Shown: one piece after another, positions 28,251-38,064 of the stretch
How the letters are laid out: every line of letters starts with the position of its first letter
Position numbering within the stretch: position 1 is the first letter of the stretch
Assembly: GCA_041556855.1 (NCBI GenBank)
Contig: JBFFHS010000006.1
Span: 819 to 64,818, forward strand
DNA: 64,000 bases
Direction: 5' to 3'
Origin: Gammaproteobacteria bacterium
GTDB lineage: Bacteria > Pseudomonadota > Gammaproteobacteria > Steroidobacterales > JBFFHS01
Notes under the pieces: generated by a model
What the model was told of the DNA's origin: nothing
Databases searched by the model: none
What the model saw: the letters and a program-made list of their open reading frames with translations, nothing else
Translations under genes and position numbers: made by a program

Positions 28251-29996
28251 GTGTTGAAGCGACTTGATTCTGAAGCCGTCGCCGTTTACCGGCGCCTGCT
28301 GGCGTACGTTCGGCCTCACCTGAAGATTATGCTCGGCGCCATTCTCGCCATGGTGGCCTATGCGGGGGTCGAGGCGTTATTTCCCCTGCTGATGAAAGAG
28401 GTGGTGGAAACTCTGCAGGATCGCGGCCGGGCGGGCGGCTCCTTTATTCCCATTGCTATCGTGGTGCTGTTTGTCGCCCGAGGTCTACTGGGTTTCGTGA
28501 CCACTTACGGTATGGGCTGGATGGGCCGCCGGGTGATTCAGGAACTGCGTCGGGACGTCTTCAACCATTTCCTGAAGCTTCCCAGCCGCTTCTATGATCA
28601 GAGCTCTTCAGGAGTGCTTTTATCCAAAATTACCTACAACACCGAACAGGTGGCCGAATCAATCTCCAACGTGGTGGTGGTGGTCATTCGGGACAGCTTT
28701 ACCATCATTGGTCTGGTAGTCGTCATGATCTACCTGAGCCCGCCCCTGACTCTTCTAATCTCCATCGCGGCGCCCACGATTGCTTTGTTGATTCACTATC
28801 TGAGTAAGGTATTCCGTCGTTACAGCACCCGGATCCAGAGGTCCATGGGCGACGTGACCCGGGTGACCGAAGAGATCATCGCCGGGCAGCGCATCGTCAA
28901 AGTGTTCACGGGTGAGCAGTACGAACGGGAGCATTTCGCGGCAGCGAATCATGACAACTTCCGTCTCAACATGCGCCTGGTTGCCGCCAAAGCTATCGGC
29001 GATGCGCTGACGGCATTTCTGGCGGCCGCGGGTATTGCCGCGGTAATTCTGGTCGCCTTCAGCGAGACGATGTTCCAATCCCTTTCCAGCGACGTCTTCA
29101 TAGCCTTCCTGACGGCCATGGCCATGTTGATGGCGCCCTTAAAAAGACTCACCAACGTCAACGTGGCTCTGCAGCGGGGGATTGCGGGCGGCGCCAGCCT
29201 GTTCGAGCTTCTGGATGAGGAGGTGGAGAAGGATACGGGTTCTCGTCGGATAGCGCGGGCCCGCGGGTCAGTGGTTTTTCAGGGCGTGAGCTTCAGCTAC
29301 GGCGATGACAAAGGCAGCGTGCTGCGGGACATTGATCTGGAGGTCGCTGTGGGTGAGACCATCGCGATCGTAGGACGCTCGGGCAGCGGCAAGAGTACCC
29401 TGGTCAGTCTGTTGCCGCGTTTCTATGATCCGACCGCGGGCCGGATTCTGCTGGACGATATCGATATTCGGGAATTTGGCTTGGCCGAACTGCGCCGGCA
29501 GATCAGTCTGGTCTCGCAGGAGATCGTGCTCTTCAACGACAGTATCGCCAACAACATCGCATATGGCGGTCTGCACGGCGCGTCTCGGAAGCGGATCGAG
29601 CAAGCGGCGCAGCGGGCTCACGTGATCGAGTTCGCCCGGGATCTGCCCGACGGCTTGGACGCCATGGTGGGTGAACGGGGTGTGTTGCTGTCCGGCGGCC
29701 AGCGGCAGCGGATCGCGATTGCCCGGGCCTTGCTGAAAGACTCGCCGATCCTGATTCTCGATGAGGCGACTTCGGCCCTGGATACGGAATCGGAGCGGCA
29801 TATCCAAACGGCGCTTGGTGAGCTCATGGCGGATCGCACCACGCTGGTGATTGCCCATCGGCTGTCCACCGTGGAGAGTGCCGATCGCATCGTGGTGCTG
29901 GATGACGGCGCCGTGGTGGAAACCGGTAATCACCGGGAACTGTTGGCCCGGGGAGGCCATTACCAGGCCCTGTATCAGATGCAGTTTGCCGATTGA
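28251..29996 (+). CDS. msbA: Lipid A export ATP-binding/permease protein MsbA
   Basis: 581 aa half-transporter with a 6-TM domain, GRSGSGKSTL, LSGGQRQRIAIARAL and ILILDEATSALD. It precedes lpxK-kdsB. Confidence 0.93.
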   Translation: MLKRLDSEAVAVYRRLLAYVRPHLKIMLGAILAMVAYAGVEALFPLLMKEVVETLQDRGRAGGSFIPIAIVVLFVARGLLGFVTTYGMGWMGRRVIQELRRDVFNHFLKLPSRFYDQSSSGVLLSKITYNTEQVAESISNVVVVVIRDSFTIIGLVVVMIYLSPPLTLLISIAAPTIALLIHYLSKVFRRYSTRIQRSMGDVTRVTEEIIAGQRIVKVFTGEQYEREHFAAANHDNFRLNMRLVAAKAIGDALTAFLAAAGIAAVILVAFSETMFQSLSSDVFIAFLTAMAMLMAPLKRLTNVNVALQRGIAGGASLFELLDEEVEKDTGSRRIARARGSVVFQGVSFSYGDDKGSVLRDIDLEVAVGETIAIVGRSGSGKSTLVSLLPRFYDPTAGRILLDDIDIREFGLAELRRQISLVSQEIVLFNDSIANNIAYGGLHGASRKRIEQAAQRAHVIEFARDLPDGLDAMVGERGVLLSGGQRQRIAIARALLKDSPILILDEATSALDTESERHIQTALGELMADRTTLVIAHRLSTVESADRIVVLDDGAVVETGNHRELLARGGHYQALYQMQFAD

Positions 29997-30005
29997 GCTG
30001 CGGCG

Positions 30006-31007
30006 GTGGATATCAACCAGCTCTGGTATGGCAACCACGCGCTGCGCTGGCTGCTGTGGCCCCTGAGCTGGCTGTATCGGGTGTTGATTGTTATCCGCGT
30101 TGCGCTGTACCGCTTCGGCGTGCTCCGCCGCGTGCGGCTGCCCGTTCCGGTTATCATCGTGGGCAATATCACGGTGGGTGGCAGCGGCAAGACGCCGGTA
30201 GTGCTGTGGCTGGTGGAGCAACTGCGCGCGGCCGGCTGGCAGCCTGGGATCATCAGTCGCGGTTACAAGGGTAGCGCCACCGCGTGGCCGCAGCAGGTGC
30301 GACCGGACAGCGATCCGGGTTGGGTCGGCGACGAGCCGGTGCTGCTGGCCCAGCGTGGCGGTTGTCCCGTGGCCGTGGGCCCGGATCGGGTCGCGGCGGC
30401 GCGCCTGATCCTGGATCAGTGCAACATACTGGTGGGCGATGATGGCCTGCAACATTATGCGCTGCAGCGGGACTTTGAGATTGCGGTCGTGGATGGTGAA
30501 CGCGGTCTCGGTAATGGTCTGTTGTTGCCGGCCGGGCCGCTGCGCGAGCCGCGGCAGCGTCTGGACCGGGTCGGCGCGGTGCTCATTAACGGCGGCCCAG
30601 TTTCGGTCCGGGGCAGCCGGGTCGTGCGCGGCCGCTTGCTGCCCGGAAATGCCTGCCAACTGGCAACCGGTGCGACCCGTCGGTTGGATGCGTTTCGGGG
30701 CACGACCGTGCATGCCGTAGCGGGCATCGGGCATCCGCAGCGGTTTTTCACCATGCTGGAGGGTCTGGGCCTGTCCGTCGCGCCCCACCCCCTTGCTGAC
30801 CATGCGAAGATAGCCGCCCATGACCTTGCGTTTGCCGATGATCTAACTGTGCTGATGACCGAAAAGGATGCCGTTAAGGCCCGGGCCCTGACCGTGTCAG
30901 ATCAGTGGTGGTACGTGGCGGTGGATTTCGTGCTCACGGAGGCTGACTCCAAGCAGGTGATGTACGCTATCGAAGCTGCGATAGGTCAGCCTCCCTTTCC
31001 GCGCTGA
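30006..31007 (+). CDS. lpxK: Tetraacyldisaccharide 4'-kinase
   Basis: VPVIIVGNITVGGSGKTPVVLWL (P-loop), ISRGYKG and LLVGDDGLQHYAL. Confidence 0.9.
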   Translation: MDINQLWYGNHALRWLLWPLSWLYRVLIVIRVALYRFGVLRRVRLPVPVIIVGNITVGGSGKTPVVLWLVEQLRAAGWQPGIISRGYKGSATAWPQQVRPDSDPGWVGDEPVLLAQRGGCPVAVGPDRVAAARLILDQCNILVGDDGLQHYALQRDFEIAVVDGERGLGNGLLLPAGPLREPRQRLDRVGAVLINGGPVSVRGSRVVRGRLLPGNACQLATGATRRLDAFRGTTVHAVAGIGHPQRFFTMLEGLGLSVAPHPLADHAKIAAHDLAFADDLTVLMTEKDAVKARALTVSDQWWYVAVDFVLTEADSKQVMYAIEAAIGQPPFPR

Positions 31008-31008
31008 T

Positions 31009-31779
31009 ATGACGGCGCCCTTCAAAGTAGTCATCCCGGCCCGCTACGCGTCTACCCGGTTGCCGGGCAAGCCGTTGGCCGATCTTGGTGGGCGACCCAT
31101 GATTGGCTGGGTGCACAATGCCGCTCTTGGCAGCGGGGCCGAGGAGGTGATCGTGGCCACTGATGATGAGCGGATCGCGGCCGCGTGTGAGGCATTCGGC
31201 GCTGAGGTCGTCATGACCCGCGGTGATCACGCCTCGGGTACGGATCGCGTCGCGGAAGTGGCTGAGCAGCGCGGCTGGGAGCCGGACACGATTGTGGTCA
31301 ATATCCAGGGTGACGAGCCGTTGTTGCCGCCGGCGTTGGTGCAGCAGGTGGCGGGGCTTCTCGCTGGAGCGCCGGAGGCGGAGATGGCCACCCTGGTGAC
31401 GCCTGTGGATACGGTGCAGGCGTGGTTGGATCCCCATATGGTCAACGTGGTTGCCGATCGTGCGGGGCGTGCCCTGTATTTTTCCCGCGCCCCCATTCCC
31501 TGGCCGCGGGATCAGCAGCCGGGCAGCGAAGGACAGTTCACGACGCCGCCGCCGGGTGCCCGACGGCATGTCGGCATATACGGCTACCGAGCTGCAGCGC
31601 TTTTCCGCTTGACCGCCGAGCCGCCCTGCGAACTGGAGCTTGTGGAACAGCTGGAGCAGCTGCGCGCGCTGTATCTGGGCTTCACGATTCTGGTGGCTGA
31701 CGCCTGTCGTGAGCCGCCCCGCGGCGTGGATACGGCTGAGGATTTGGAGCAGCTGCGCAGCATGGTGCGGGGGCTGTAA
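31009..31779 (+). CDS. kdsB: 3-deoxy-manno-octulosonate cytidylyltransferase
   Basis: VIPARYASTRLPGKPLADLGG.PMI, VNIQGDEPLL and GIYGYR motifs. Confidence 0.93.
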   Translation: MTAPFKVVIPARYASTRLPGKPLADLGGRPMIGWVHNAALGSGAEEVIVATDDERIAAACEAFGAEVVMTRGDHASGTDRVAEVAEQRGWEPDTIVVNIQGDEPLLPPALVQQVAGLLAGAPEAEMATLVTPVDTVQAWLDPHMVNVVADRAGRALYFSRAPIPWPRDQQPGSEGQFTTPPPGARRHVGIYGYRAAALFRLTAEPPCELELVEQLEQLRALYLGFTILVADACREPPRGVDTAEDLEQLRSMVRGL

Positions 31780-31786
31780 GAGGGCT

Positions 31787-32914
31787 TTACCGCCGGTAGG
31801 GTGCCACCGCGCGCGCAGCGGTTGCGGCGAGCAGCTCGGACGCCCGGCGGATGGATTCAGCGCGATCCAGGCCAGGGCCGATGATCAGCGCGTCGGCAAG
31901 GCCAGCAGCCAGCGCATCTGTGGCGTCCGGCCCCAGCGCGCCCACCAGCGCGATCGTCGGGACATCCCGGCGGGCCGCGGCGTGAGCAACACCCAGGCAG
32001 GCCTTCCCGGACAGCGATTGCCCATCCAGGCAGCCCTCGCCGGTCAGACATAAGTCGGCGCCCCTGATCCGCCGGTCAAAATCAACGGCAGCCAGCACCA
32101 GCTCGATACCTGAGGCCAGCGTGGCGCCGGCAAAGGCCATCAGACCGGCGCCCAAGCCACCCGCGGCTCCGGCCCGCGGCGTATTTGCCGTAGCTATACC
32201 CAGATCCCGCTCCATGAGCTGCGCCAGATGAGCCAGCCCTGCTTCCAGGCGCTGCACGGCTGTTGGGGAGGCCCCCTTTTGCGCTGCGAATATGCGTGCC
32301 GCACCGTTAGATCCGAGCAGGGGGTTATCGACGTCGCAGGCCACTGTGATCTCAACATCAGCCAGCAGCGCCAGCCGGCCGCTGGCGTTGATATGGGCAA
32401 TGTCGGGCAGCGCGCCGCCGGTGAGCGGGGTCTTGATCTCCGCTCCATGGGCGTCGTGAAAGCGGATCCCCAGGGCCTGGGCCATGCCGGCGCCGCCATC
32501 GTTGGTGGCGCTGCCGCCCACGCAAAGGATCATGCGTGTTGCTCCGGCCGCGCAGGCTGCTGCCATCAACTGGCCAACCCCGAAGGTGGTCGTGCGCAAG
32601 GGGTCCCGTTGCTCGACCGGGACCAGAGTCAGGCCCGCCGCAGCAGCCATCTCGATGATGGCCGTGCCGTCATCAAGCAGTGCCCAGGATGCGTGCAGCG
32701 GCTCTCCCAGGGGGCCGGTCACCTGGCTGGTGTGTATCCGTCCGCCGAGCGCATCCAGCAGGGTGGCCGCGGTTCCCTCACCGCCGTCGCCGACGGGGCA
32801 CCGGTCCACAACGGCGTTCGGGCATGCCTGCATCACGCCCGCGGCCATGGCAGCGGCAGCCTCCGCTGCGCTCAAGCACTCTTTGAAACTGTCGGGAGCA
32901 CAAACGATTTTCAT
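31787..32914 (-). CDS. Glycerate kinase
   Basis: MKIVCAPDSFKECLSA....PVGDGGEGT and C-terminal LCLTGEGCLDGQSLSGKA are typical of GlxK/GarK. It is convergent with kdsB, with a 7-nt gap. Confidence 0.9.
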   Translation of the reverse strand: MKIVCAPDSFKECLSAAEAAAAMAAGVMQACPNAVVDRCPVGDGGEGTAATLLDALGGRIHTSQVTGPLGEPLHASWALLDDGTAIIEMAAAAGLTLVPVEQRDPLRTTTFGVGQLMAAACAAGATRMILCVGGSATNDGGAGMAQALGIRFHDAHGAEIKTPLTGGALPDIAHINASGRLALLADVEITVACDVDNPLLGSNGAARIFAAQKGASPTAVQRLEAGLAHLAQLMERDLGIATANTPRAGAAGGLGAGLMAFAGATLASGIELVLAAVDFDRRIRGADLCLTGEGCLDGQSLSGKACLGVAHAAARRDVPTIALVGALGPDATDALAAGLADALIIGPGLDRAESIRRASELLAATAARAVAPYRR

Positions 32915-33089
32915 GAGTCTCGCCCAGTTCGGCGCTGGGCGAGACTATAGCAACCTGTGACTGCCGCGGGCGCAGGTATAATGGATGACTGATCACACAG
33001 GGTATTGGCTGGGGATGTCCGCCTGGTTAAATTCATTGCTGGCTCCCCTGTGGGGCCTATTTCGCCGCAAGTCCCGGAAGCAGGACGCC

Positions 33090-33614
33090 ATGTCAGCTGA
33101 TCCCCATTTCAACGTGCTGTTTGTCTGCATGGGCAACATCTGCCGATCGCCCACGGCAGAGGGCGTATTCCGCAAGGTGGTGACCGAGATGGCGCCAGAA
33201 CTCATCGTCCAAGTGGACTCGGCAGGAACCCACGCCTATCACACCGGCGAGCCGCCGGATCCGCGCGCCCAGCGGGCAGCGCTTCGGCGCGGCATAGACA
33301 TCAGCGAGCAGCGGGCCCGCAAAGTACGCGCCGAGGACTTCCATGTCTTTGATTACGTGCTGGCCATGGACGAACTGAATTACGAAGTGCTGGTGCAGCA
33401 GAGCCCGGGGGAGCTTGCCGATCGGGTGCGTCTATTTCTGGACTTTGCCCCTGCGCTGGGTCGGCGTGACGTCCCGGATCCCTATTATGGCGGTGCCGTC
33501 GGCTTTGAATACGTGCTGGATCTCGTCGAGGAGGCTGCCCGTGGACTCGCGAGCGAGTTGCTCACTAACGTGCCGTCCACGTCCGGAGGCAAGGACCGCG
33601 GCCCGGTTTCCTGA
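33090..33614 (+). CDS. Low-molecular-weight protein-tyrosine phosphatase
   Basis: NVLFVCMGNICRSPTAEG (CX5R(S/T) P-loop) and DVPDPYYG (DP motif). The ORF-track start at 32985 is probably too long. Confidence 0.85.
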   Translation: MSADPHFNVLFVCMGNICRSPTAEGVFRKVVTEMAPELIVQVDSAGTHAYHTGEPPDPRAQRAALRRGIDISEQRARKVRAEDFHVFDYVLAMDELNYEVLVQQSPGELADRVRLFLDFAPALGRRDVPDPYYGGAVGFEYVLDLVEEAARGLASELLTNVPSTSGGKDRGPVS

Positions 33615-33629
33615 CCAGGCCGCGCAAAC

Positions 33630-36065
33630 TTATTCGGTTGATCCCCGACTGGCGTTCTCCGTCTGAGGTGGTGGAGCCTTCGCGGGTTCTGCCGCCGCGG
33701 CGACCGCTGGGGCCGGCTGCGGTTCGGACTTGGCCGCTGCCGTCGGCGGGGCCTTGTTTTCCTGTGGTGGTGCCGCGGGCTGCTTTGGCTCAGGCGTTGC
33801 CACACGCGGGGTAGCAGCGGGGCCAGCGGTGCTGGCCTTGTCGCTGGGGCCCGGCGCAGCCGCGGGTCGCTCGGAACCGTTGCCGGACGCGCTTGACGAC
33901 GCTGCCGGACGCGGCTTTGCCGGCGCCGGCGCGTCCCCCTGCTGCGGCGCGCTCTGGGCAGCGGCATCGGCCCGAGCCGTGTCCGTGGTCGGACCTTGGC
34001 CGGGCTCGGGCTGACTATCGGCCGCCTTCCCGCGAGCATCCTGGGCCTGGCCCCCGCGGCCGCCACGCCGTCGGCGTCCGCCCCGGCGGCCCCGTGAGGA
34101 ACGAGCCCCCTCGGTCGCCTGCTTACGCTGTTGGGCACCTTCCCGCTGGCCTTTCTGTGCCCCTTTCGGCTGCCCTTTCTGTCCTGATTGTTGTCCGCCT
34201 TTCGGCGCCTGTTTGGCGGCTGATTTCTGGTTGCCAGCACGCCCCTTACCATCGCTGCGACCGCGTTTGTCCGCGCTGCTGCGGCGTCGCTGTGGCTGCC
34301 CACCGCCTTTGCGGGCCTGGCTGCCGGGGCGCCGCCCGCGCTTTTTTGGACGTGCCGGTTCTGGCAACAGCCAGCCGAACAGGCGCCGAAACAGGCCAAC
34401 CTCGGCCGCCTCTTCCTGTGCCGGCTTGCGCGCCGGAGGCGGTGGCGCGGGCTGGCTCGGGACAAGCCCTTTGATCGCGGGTTGCTCTGTCACAGCCGCA
34501 CCGGTAGCGGCGCTGACGAATTGTTCACTCATGTCCGCGTCGGTCTCCACCATCTTGTAACTGGTGGCGGCATTTTCCGCGGCTCCCACTTCATCGTCGC
34601 GGACGCGCCTGATCATATAGTTGGGCGTTTCCAGTTGCGGGTTGGCCACCAGTACCACCTGCACGCCGTCCCGATCTTGAATGGCATTTACCCAGTCCCG
34701 TTTCTCGTTCAGCACGTAGTTGCAAACGTCGACAGGCAATTGGGTAATGACTTTGGCGGTACGCTCCTTGCGTGCCTCTTCACCCACCAGGCGTAGAATC
34801 GACAGAGCGAGGGATTCAACGCCCCGCACATGGCCGATTCCGTTACAGCGGGGGCACACTTCGTGAGTCGACTCGCCCAGCGACGGACGCAGCCGCTGCC
34901 GCGACAGTTCCAACAGTCCAAAACGGGAGATTCGGCCAATCTGTACGCGGGCCCGATCCTGGCGCACCGCTTCGCGGAGGCGGTTCTCCACCTCTCGCTG
35001 ATTGCGCTGGGGACCCATGTCGATGAAATCAATCACCACCAGGCCACCGAGATCGCGAATGCGCATCTGGCGGGCGATTTCGTCAGCTGCTTCCAGATTG
35101 GTATTAAGGGCCGTGTCCTCGATGTCGCCGCCCTTGGTGGCACGGGCTGAGTTGATATCGATGGCTGTCAGCGCTTCAGTGTGGTCGATAACAATGCTGC
35201 CACCCGACGGCAGGGTGACCGAGTGCTGGAATGCCGACTCGATCTGGCTCTCAATCTGAAAACGGGTAAATAGCGGAACCTTCTCATCTTCATAGAGCTT
35301 CAACTTGCGGAGATTGTGAGGCATCACGCGTTCCATAAAGTCGCGTGCCTCGCCGAATACGCCCGGATCATCGATCAGCACTTCGCCGATATCCTGGGAA
35401 AAGTAATCCCGCAGCGCCCGAACGATGGCGTTGCTTTCCTGATAGATCAGAAATGGCGAGGGCTTGGTCAGCACCACCTGTTTGATGGCCTCCCAAACGC
35501 TGAGCAGATAATCTGCATCCCAGCGGAGCTCTTCGGCGCTCCGGCCCACGCCCGCCGTTCGCACGATGCAGCCCATCCCTTCGGGCAGGTTAAGTTCCTC
35601 CAGCGAGCGTCGCACGATCTCCCGGTCCTCGCCCGTGATGCGGCGTGAGACACCGCCGGCGCGGGGGTTATTGGGCATCAGCACGATGAAACGGCCAGCA
35701 AGGCTCACGTAGGTGGTCAGCGCAGCACCCTTGGTACCCCGTTCCTCCTTCTCCACCTGCACGACGATGTCCTGACCCTCCCGCAGGACATCCTTGATGT
35801 TGGGTCGCTCCCCAGCGTCTGCGTCGCCGACGTAATACTCACTGGAAATTTCTTTCAACGGCAGGAAGCCGTGGCGTTCAGCCCCGTAGTCGACAAACGC
35901 TGCTTCCAGGCTGGGCTCGATCCGGGTGATCTTGCCCTTGTAGATATTGGCTTTACGTTGTTCCCGGGAGGGAACCTCGATGTCGAGATCGCAAAGCTTT
36001 TGGCCATCTACCATGGCCACACGCAACTCTTCTTCCTGAGTTGCATTGACCAGCATTCTTTTCAT
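33630..36065 (-). CDS. rne: Ribonuclease E
   Basis: [30 protein letters not shown].. S1 domain, VIDFIDM and [12 protein letters not shown] (Zn-link). The C-terminal half is low-complexity and rich in R/G/P/A/Q. Confidence 0.95.
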   Translation of the reverse strand: MKRMLVNATQEEELRVAMVDGQKLCDLDIEVPSREQRKANIYKGKITRIEPSLEAAFVDYGAERHGFLPLKEISSEYYVGDADAGERPNIKDVLREGQDIVVQVEKEERGTKGAALTTYVSLAGRFIVLMPNNPRAGGVSRRITGEDREIVRRSLEELNLPEGMGCIVRTAGVGRSAEELRWDADYLLSVWEAIKQVVLTKPSPFLIYQESNAIVRALRDYFSQDIGEVLIDDPGVFGEARDFMERVMPHNLRKLKLYEDEKVPLFTRFQIESQIESAFQHSVTLPSGGSIVIDHTEALTAIDINSARATKGGDIEDTALNTNLEAADEIARQMRIRDLGGLVVIDFIDMGPQRNQREVENRLREAVRQDRARVQIGRISRFGLLELSRQRLRPSLGESTHEVCPRCNGIGHVRGVESLALSILRLVGEEARKERTAKVITQLPVDVCNYVLNEKRDWVNAIQDRDGVQVVLVANPQLETPNYMIRRVRDDEVGAAENAATSYKMVETDADMSEQFVSAATGAAVTEQPAIKGLVPSQPAPPPPARKPAQEEAAEVGLFRRLFGWLLPEPARPKKRGRRPGSQARKGGGQPQRRRSSADKRGRSDGKGRAGNQKSAAKQAPKGGQQSGQKGQPKGAQKGQREGAQQRKQATEGARSSRGRRGGRRRRGGRGGQAQDARGKAADSQPEPGQGPTTDTARADAAAQSAPQQGDAPAPAKPRPAASSSASGNGSERPAAAPGPSDKASTAGPAATPRVATPEPKQPAAPPQENKAPPTAAAKSEPQPAPAVAAAAEPAKAPPPQTENASRGSTE

Positions 36066-36432
36066 AGTCCCTTGATCCAGTCAAGGCCGTCTTTGTCCCG
36101 GATACGCTGACCCACAGCTGAGAACACGATGGGGCGCCGCTCCACGGCGGCGTGGCTGGGCGCTTGGTGCCCATTTTGCGTGGCTCAGTAGCTTGCCACA
36201 TGGCTGTTCCCATGACGTTCATGTTCATGCAGATCGGTGCGGACATCGGATCCCCGCTGTGGCTCAGCGGGGTTTCTCCGGGCTGTCTCAGACCAGCCGA
36301 ATTACTAAACACCCAAAAAAACGACTCTAGACGTGGAGTCGCTCGAGTAACCTGTAGGGCCTAGGCTTGCCAATTCAGGCTCTCGCCGTCAGGCCCGGTT
36401 GGTACTATAACAACCGCTCAGCCGCCGCTCAA
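36066..36432 (-). promoter_or_regulatory. rne promoter plus long structured 5' leader (autoregulatory rne-leader type)
   Basis: Minus strand: TTGAGC (36432-36427), N17, TATAGT (36409-36404). This predicts a leader of about 330 nt. It contains hairpin CGACUC/GAGUCG followed by U7 (36341-36315) and hairpin CCCCGCUG/CAGCGGGG (36272-36252). It also contains hairpin CCUUGA/UCAAGG (36086-36070), which includes the AAGG Shine-Dalgarno 4 nt before the AUG. Confidence 0.5.
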
Positions 36433-37406
36433 TGAGGCCTATGGCCAGTAAACAGTCCCACCAGGCACCATCGACCCGGGTCAGCATGCTGGAGGTCGAC
36501 CCGGACTCTGAGGGGCAGCGTCTGGACAACTTCCTGCTCCGCCGACTGAAGGGTGTTCCGCGCAGCCATGTCTATCGTCTGATTCGCTCTGGGCAGGTTA
36601 GAGTCAACCGTGGTCGGGCCAAGCCCAGCCAACGCCTGGCGAGCGGCGACCAGGTTCGGGTGCCACCGGTGCGCCTGAGTCGTGCGTCCAACGCCGCCGT
36701 GGATGAGCAGTCAGTGGCCTGGTTGGAGAAGCGGATCCTCCACGAGGATCACAGGCTGATCGTCCTGGACAAGCCATCTGGTCTGGCCGTGCACGGCGGC
36801 AGTGGCATCAGTTTAGGTTTGATCGAAACCCTGCGAGCGGCCCGTCCGGATAGTCCCTACCTGGAACTTGCTCATCGGTTGGATCGCAGCACCAGCGGGA
36901 TTGTCCTGGTCGCAAAGAGGCGCAGCGCCCTGCGCGTGTTGCACGAGTTTCTCCGGGCAGATGCTATCGATAAGCACTATCTGGCGTTGGTGCGCGGTCC
37001 TTGGGACCGCGGTACTCAGCTGATCGAGACACCTCTGAAGACCACTCACCGCCGCGACGGGGAACGCTTTGTGGTGGTGCACCCGGAGGGCAGACTGGCC
37101 GTAAGCGAGTTCAAGCCGGTCGAGTTTTTTGGCGCCCAAGCCACGCTGATGGCCGTGCAGATTCGCACCGGCCGGACCCATCAGATTCGGGTGCAGGCTG
37201 CCGCCATGGAGCACCCTGTTGCCGGCGATGAGCGCTATGGCGACCCCCGCTTCAATCGAGCCATGAAGCGGCTTGGGCTGAAGCGTCTATTCCTGCACGC
37301 CCAGTCGGTAAGCTTTACCTGGCCAGGCAGCGAGCATGAGCAGACCTTCAGCGCGCCGTTGCCGGGTGAACTCACCGAAGTGCTGGCACGGCTGAGTTCA
37401 GGATGA
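36432..37406 (+). CDS. rluC: 23S rRNA pseudouridine synthase RluC
   Basis: S4 domain (RLDNFLLRRLKGVPRSHVYRLIRSGQVRVN) and catalytic HRLDRSTSGIVLVAK. It is divergent from rne, as in E. coli. Confidence 0.9.
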   Translation: MRPMASKQSHQAPSTRVSMLEVDPDSEGQRLDNFLLRRLKGVPRSHVYRLIRSGQVRVNRGRAKPSQRLASGDQVRVPPVRLSRASNAAVDEQSVAWLEKRILHEDHRLIVLDKPSGLAVHGGSGISLGLIETLRAARPDSPYLELAHRLDRSTSGIVLVAKRRSALRVLHEFLRADAIDKHYLALVRGPWDRGTQLIETPLKTTHRRDGERFVVVHPEGRLAVSEFKPVEFFGAQATLMAVQIRTGRTHQIRVQAAAMEHPVAGDERYGDPRFNRAMKRLGLKRLFLHAQSVSFTWPGSEHEQTFSAPLPGELTEVLARLSSG

Positions 37407-37982
37407 CGATAACAGCGGATTGAGTCCCACCTCAGAAAGCGCCTGGCTGAGCCAGATCAGCGGCAGGCCGATCAGCGCGGTGGGATCGCTGCAGCTGATT
37501 TCTTCGAACAAGCTGATGCCCAGGCCTTCAACCTTGAAGGACCCGGCGCAGTCGTAGGGCTGTTCGGCGGCCAGGTAGCTGTCGATCTCGGCGTCGCTGA
37601 GTGGCCGGAAGCGCACCCGGGTCTGGTCCAGATGGTCGCGCCAGACGTCGCGGCGGGTATCCAGCAGGGCCACGGCGGTCAGGAAGCTGACTGACTGCCC
37701 GCGCACCTGGCGTAACTGACGCCGGGCACGGTCGTGGCTGCCCGGCTTACCCAGCACCCGATCACCCAGCACGGCCACTTGATCGGAACCCACCACAACA
37801 CTTGCCGGCCGGGCGACGGCCCGCGCCTTGGAACGTGCCAGGCGGCATGCCAGGTCACGCGGGCTTTCTTGATGCTGACGTTCCTCGTCCACATTCGCTG
37901 GCAAACAGGTGAACGGCAGTCGCAGGCGCGCTAACAGCGCCCGCCGATAAGGTGATCCAGAGGCCAGGATTAGGTCAGTCAT
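37398..37982 (-). CDS. maf: Maf-like nucleoside triphosphate pyrophosphatase (YceF type)
   Basis: LILASGSPYRRALLARLRLPF and YDCAGSFKVEGLGISLFE. The 3' end overlaps the rluC 3' end by 9 nt. Confidence 0.9.
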   Translation of the reverse strand: MTDLILASGSPYRRALLARLRLPFTCLPANVDEERQHQESPRDLACRLARSKARAVARPASVVVGSDQVAVLGDRVLGKPGSHDRARRQLRQVRGQSVSFLTAVALLDTRRDVWRDHLDQTRVRFRPLSDAEIDSYLAAEQPYDCAGSFKVEGLGISLFEEISCSDPTALIGLPLIWLSQALSEVGLNPLLSSS

Positions 37983-38064
37983 TCAGTGAGGATCTTTTCA
38001 AAAACATAAGGTTAGCTGAGAACTCTTTGACAGCTCGGGTGCCCATGCCTATCATACTTCGGTT

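Noticed and set aside
29268-30821. 517-aa minus-strand ORF spanning the msbA 3' end and lpxK
   Set aside because: It lies antisense to two strongly supported genes. Its composition is R/Q/H/P/A-rich, typical of shadow frames in high-GC DNA, and it has no recognisable motif. The same reasoning applies to 15924-16838 (antisense mfd), 50945-52342 (antisense gspE), 56174-57355 and 56947-57801 (antisense clpA), 61694-62659 (antisense ftsK), 5659-6495, 11041-11799 and 23886-24509.
33485-34474. Long alternative-frame ORFs (326 aa minus strand, 193 aa plus strand) over the rne 3' half
   Set aside because: This region encodes the low-complexity Arg/Gly/Pro/Ala/Gln-rich RNase E scaffold (for example [15 protein letters not shown]). 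Repetitive GC-rich codons keep several frames open. The RNase E frame is continuous with the catalytic domain.
36252-36280. Plus-strand terminator-like hairpin CCCCGCTG-N5-CAGCGGGG followed by TTTCT
   Set aside because: No plus-strand gene lies upstream of it, because rne is on the minus strand and rluC starts downstream. It is interpreted as a structural element of the minus-strand rne leader.
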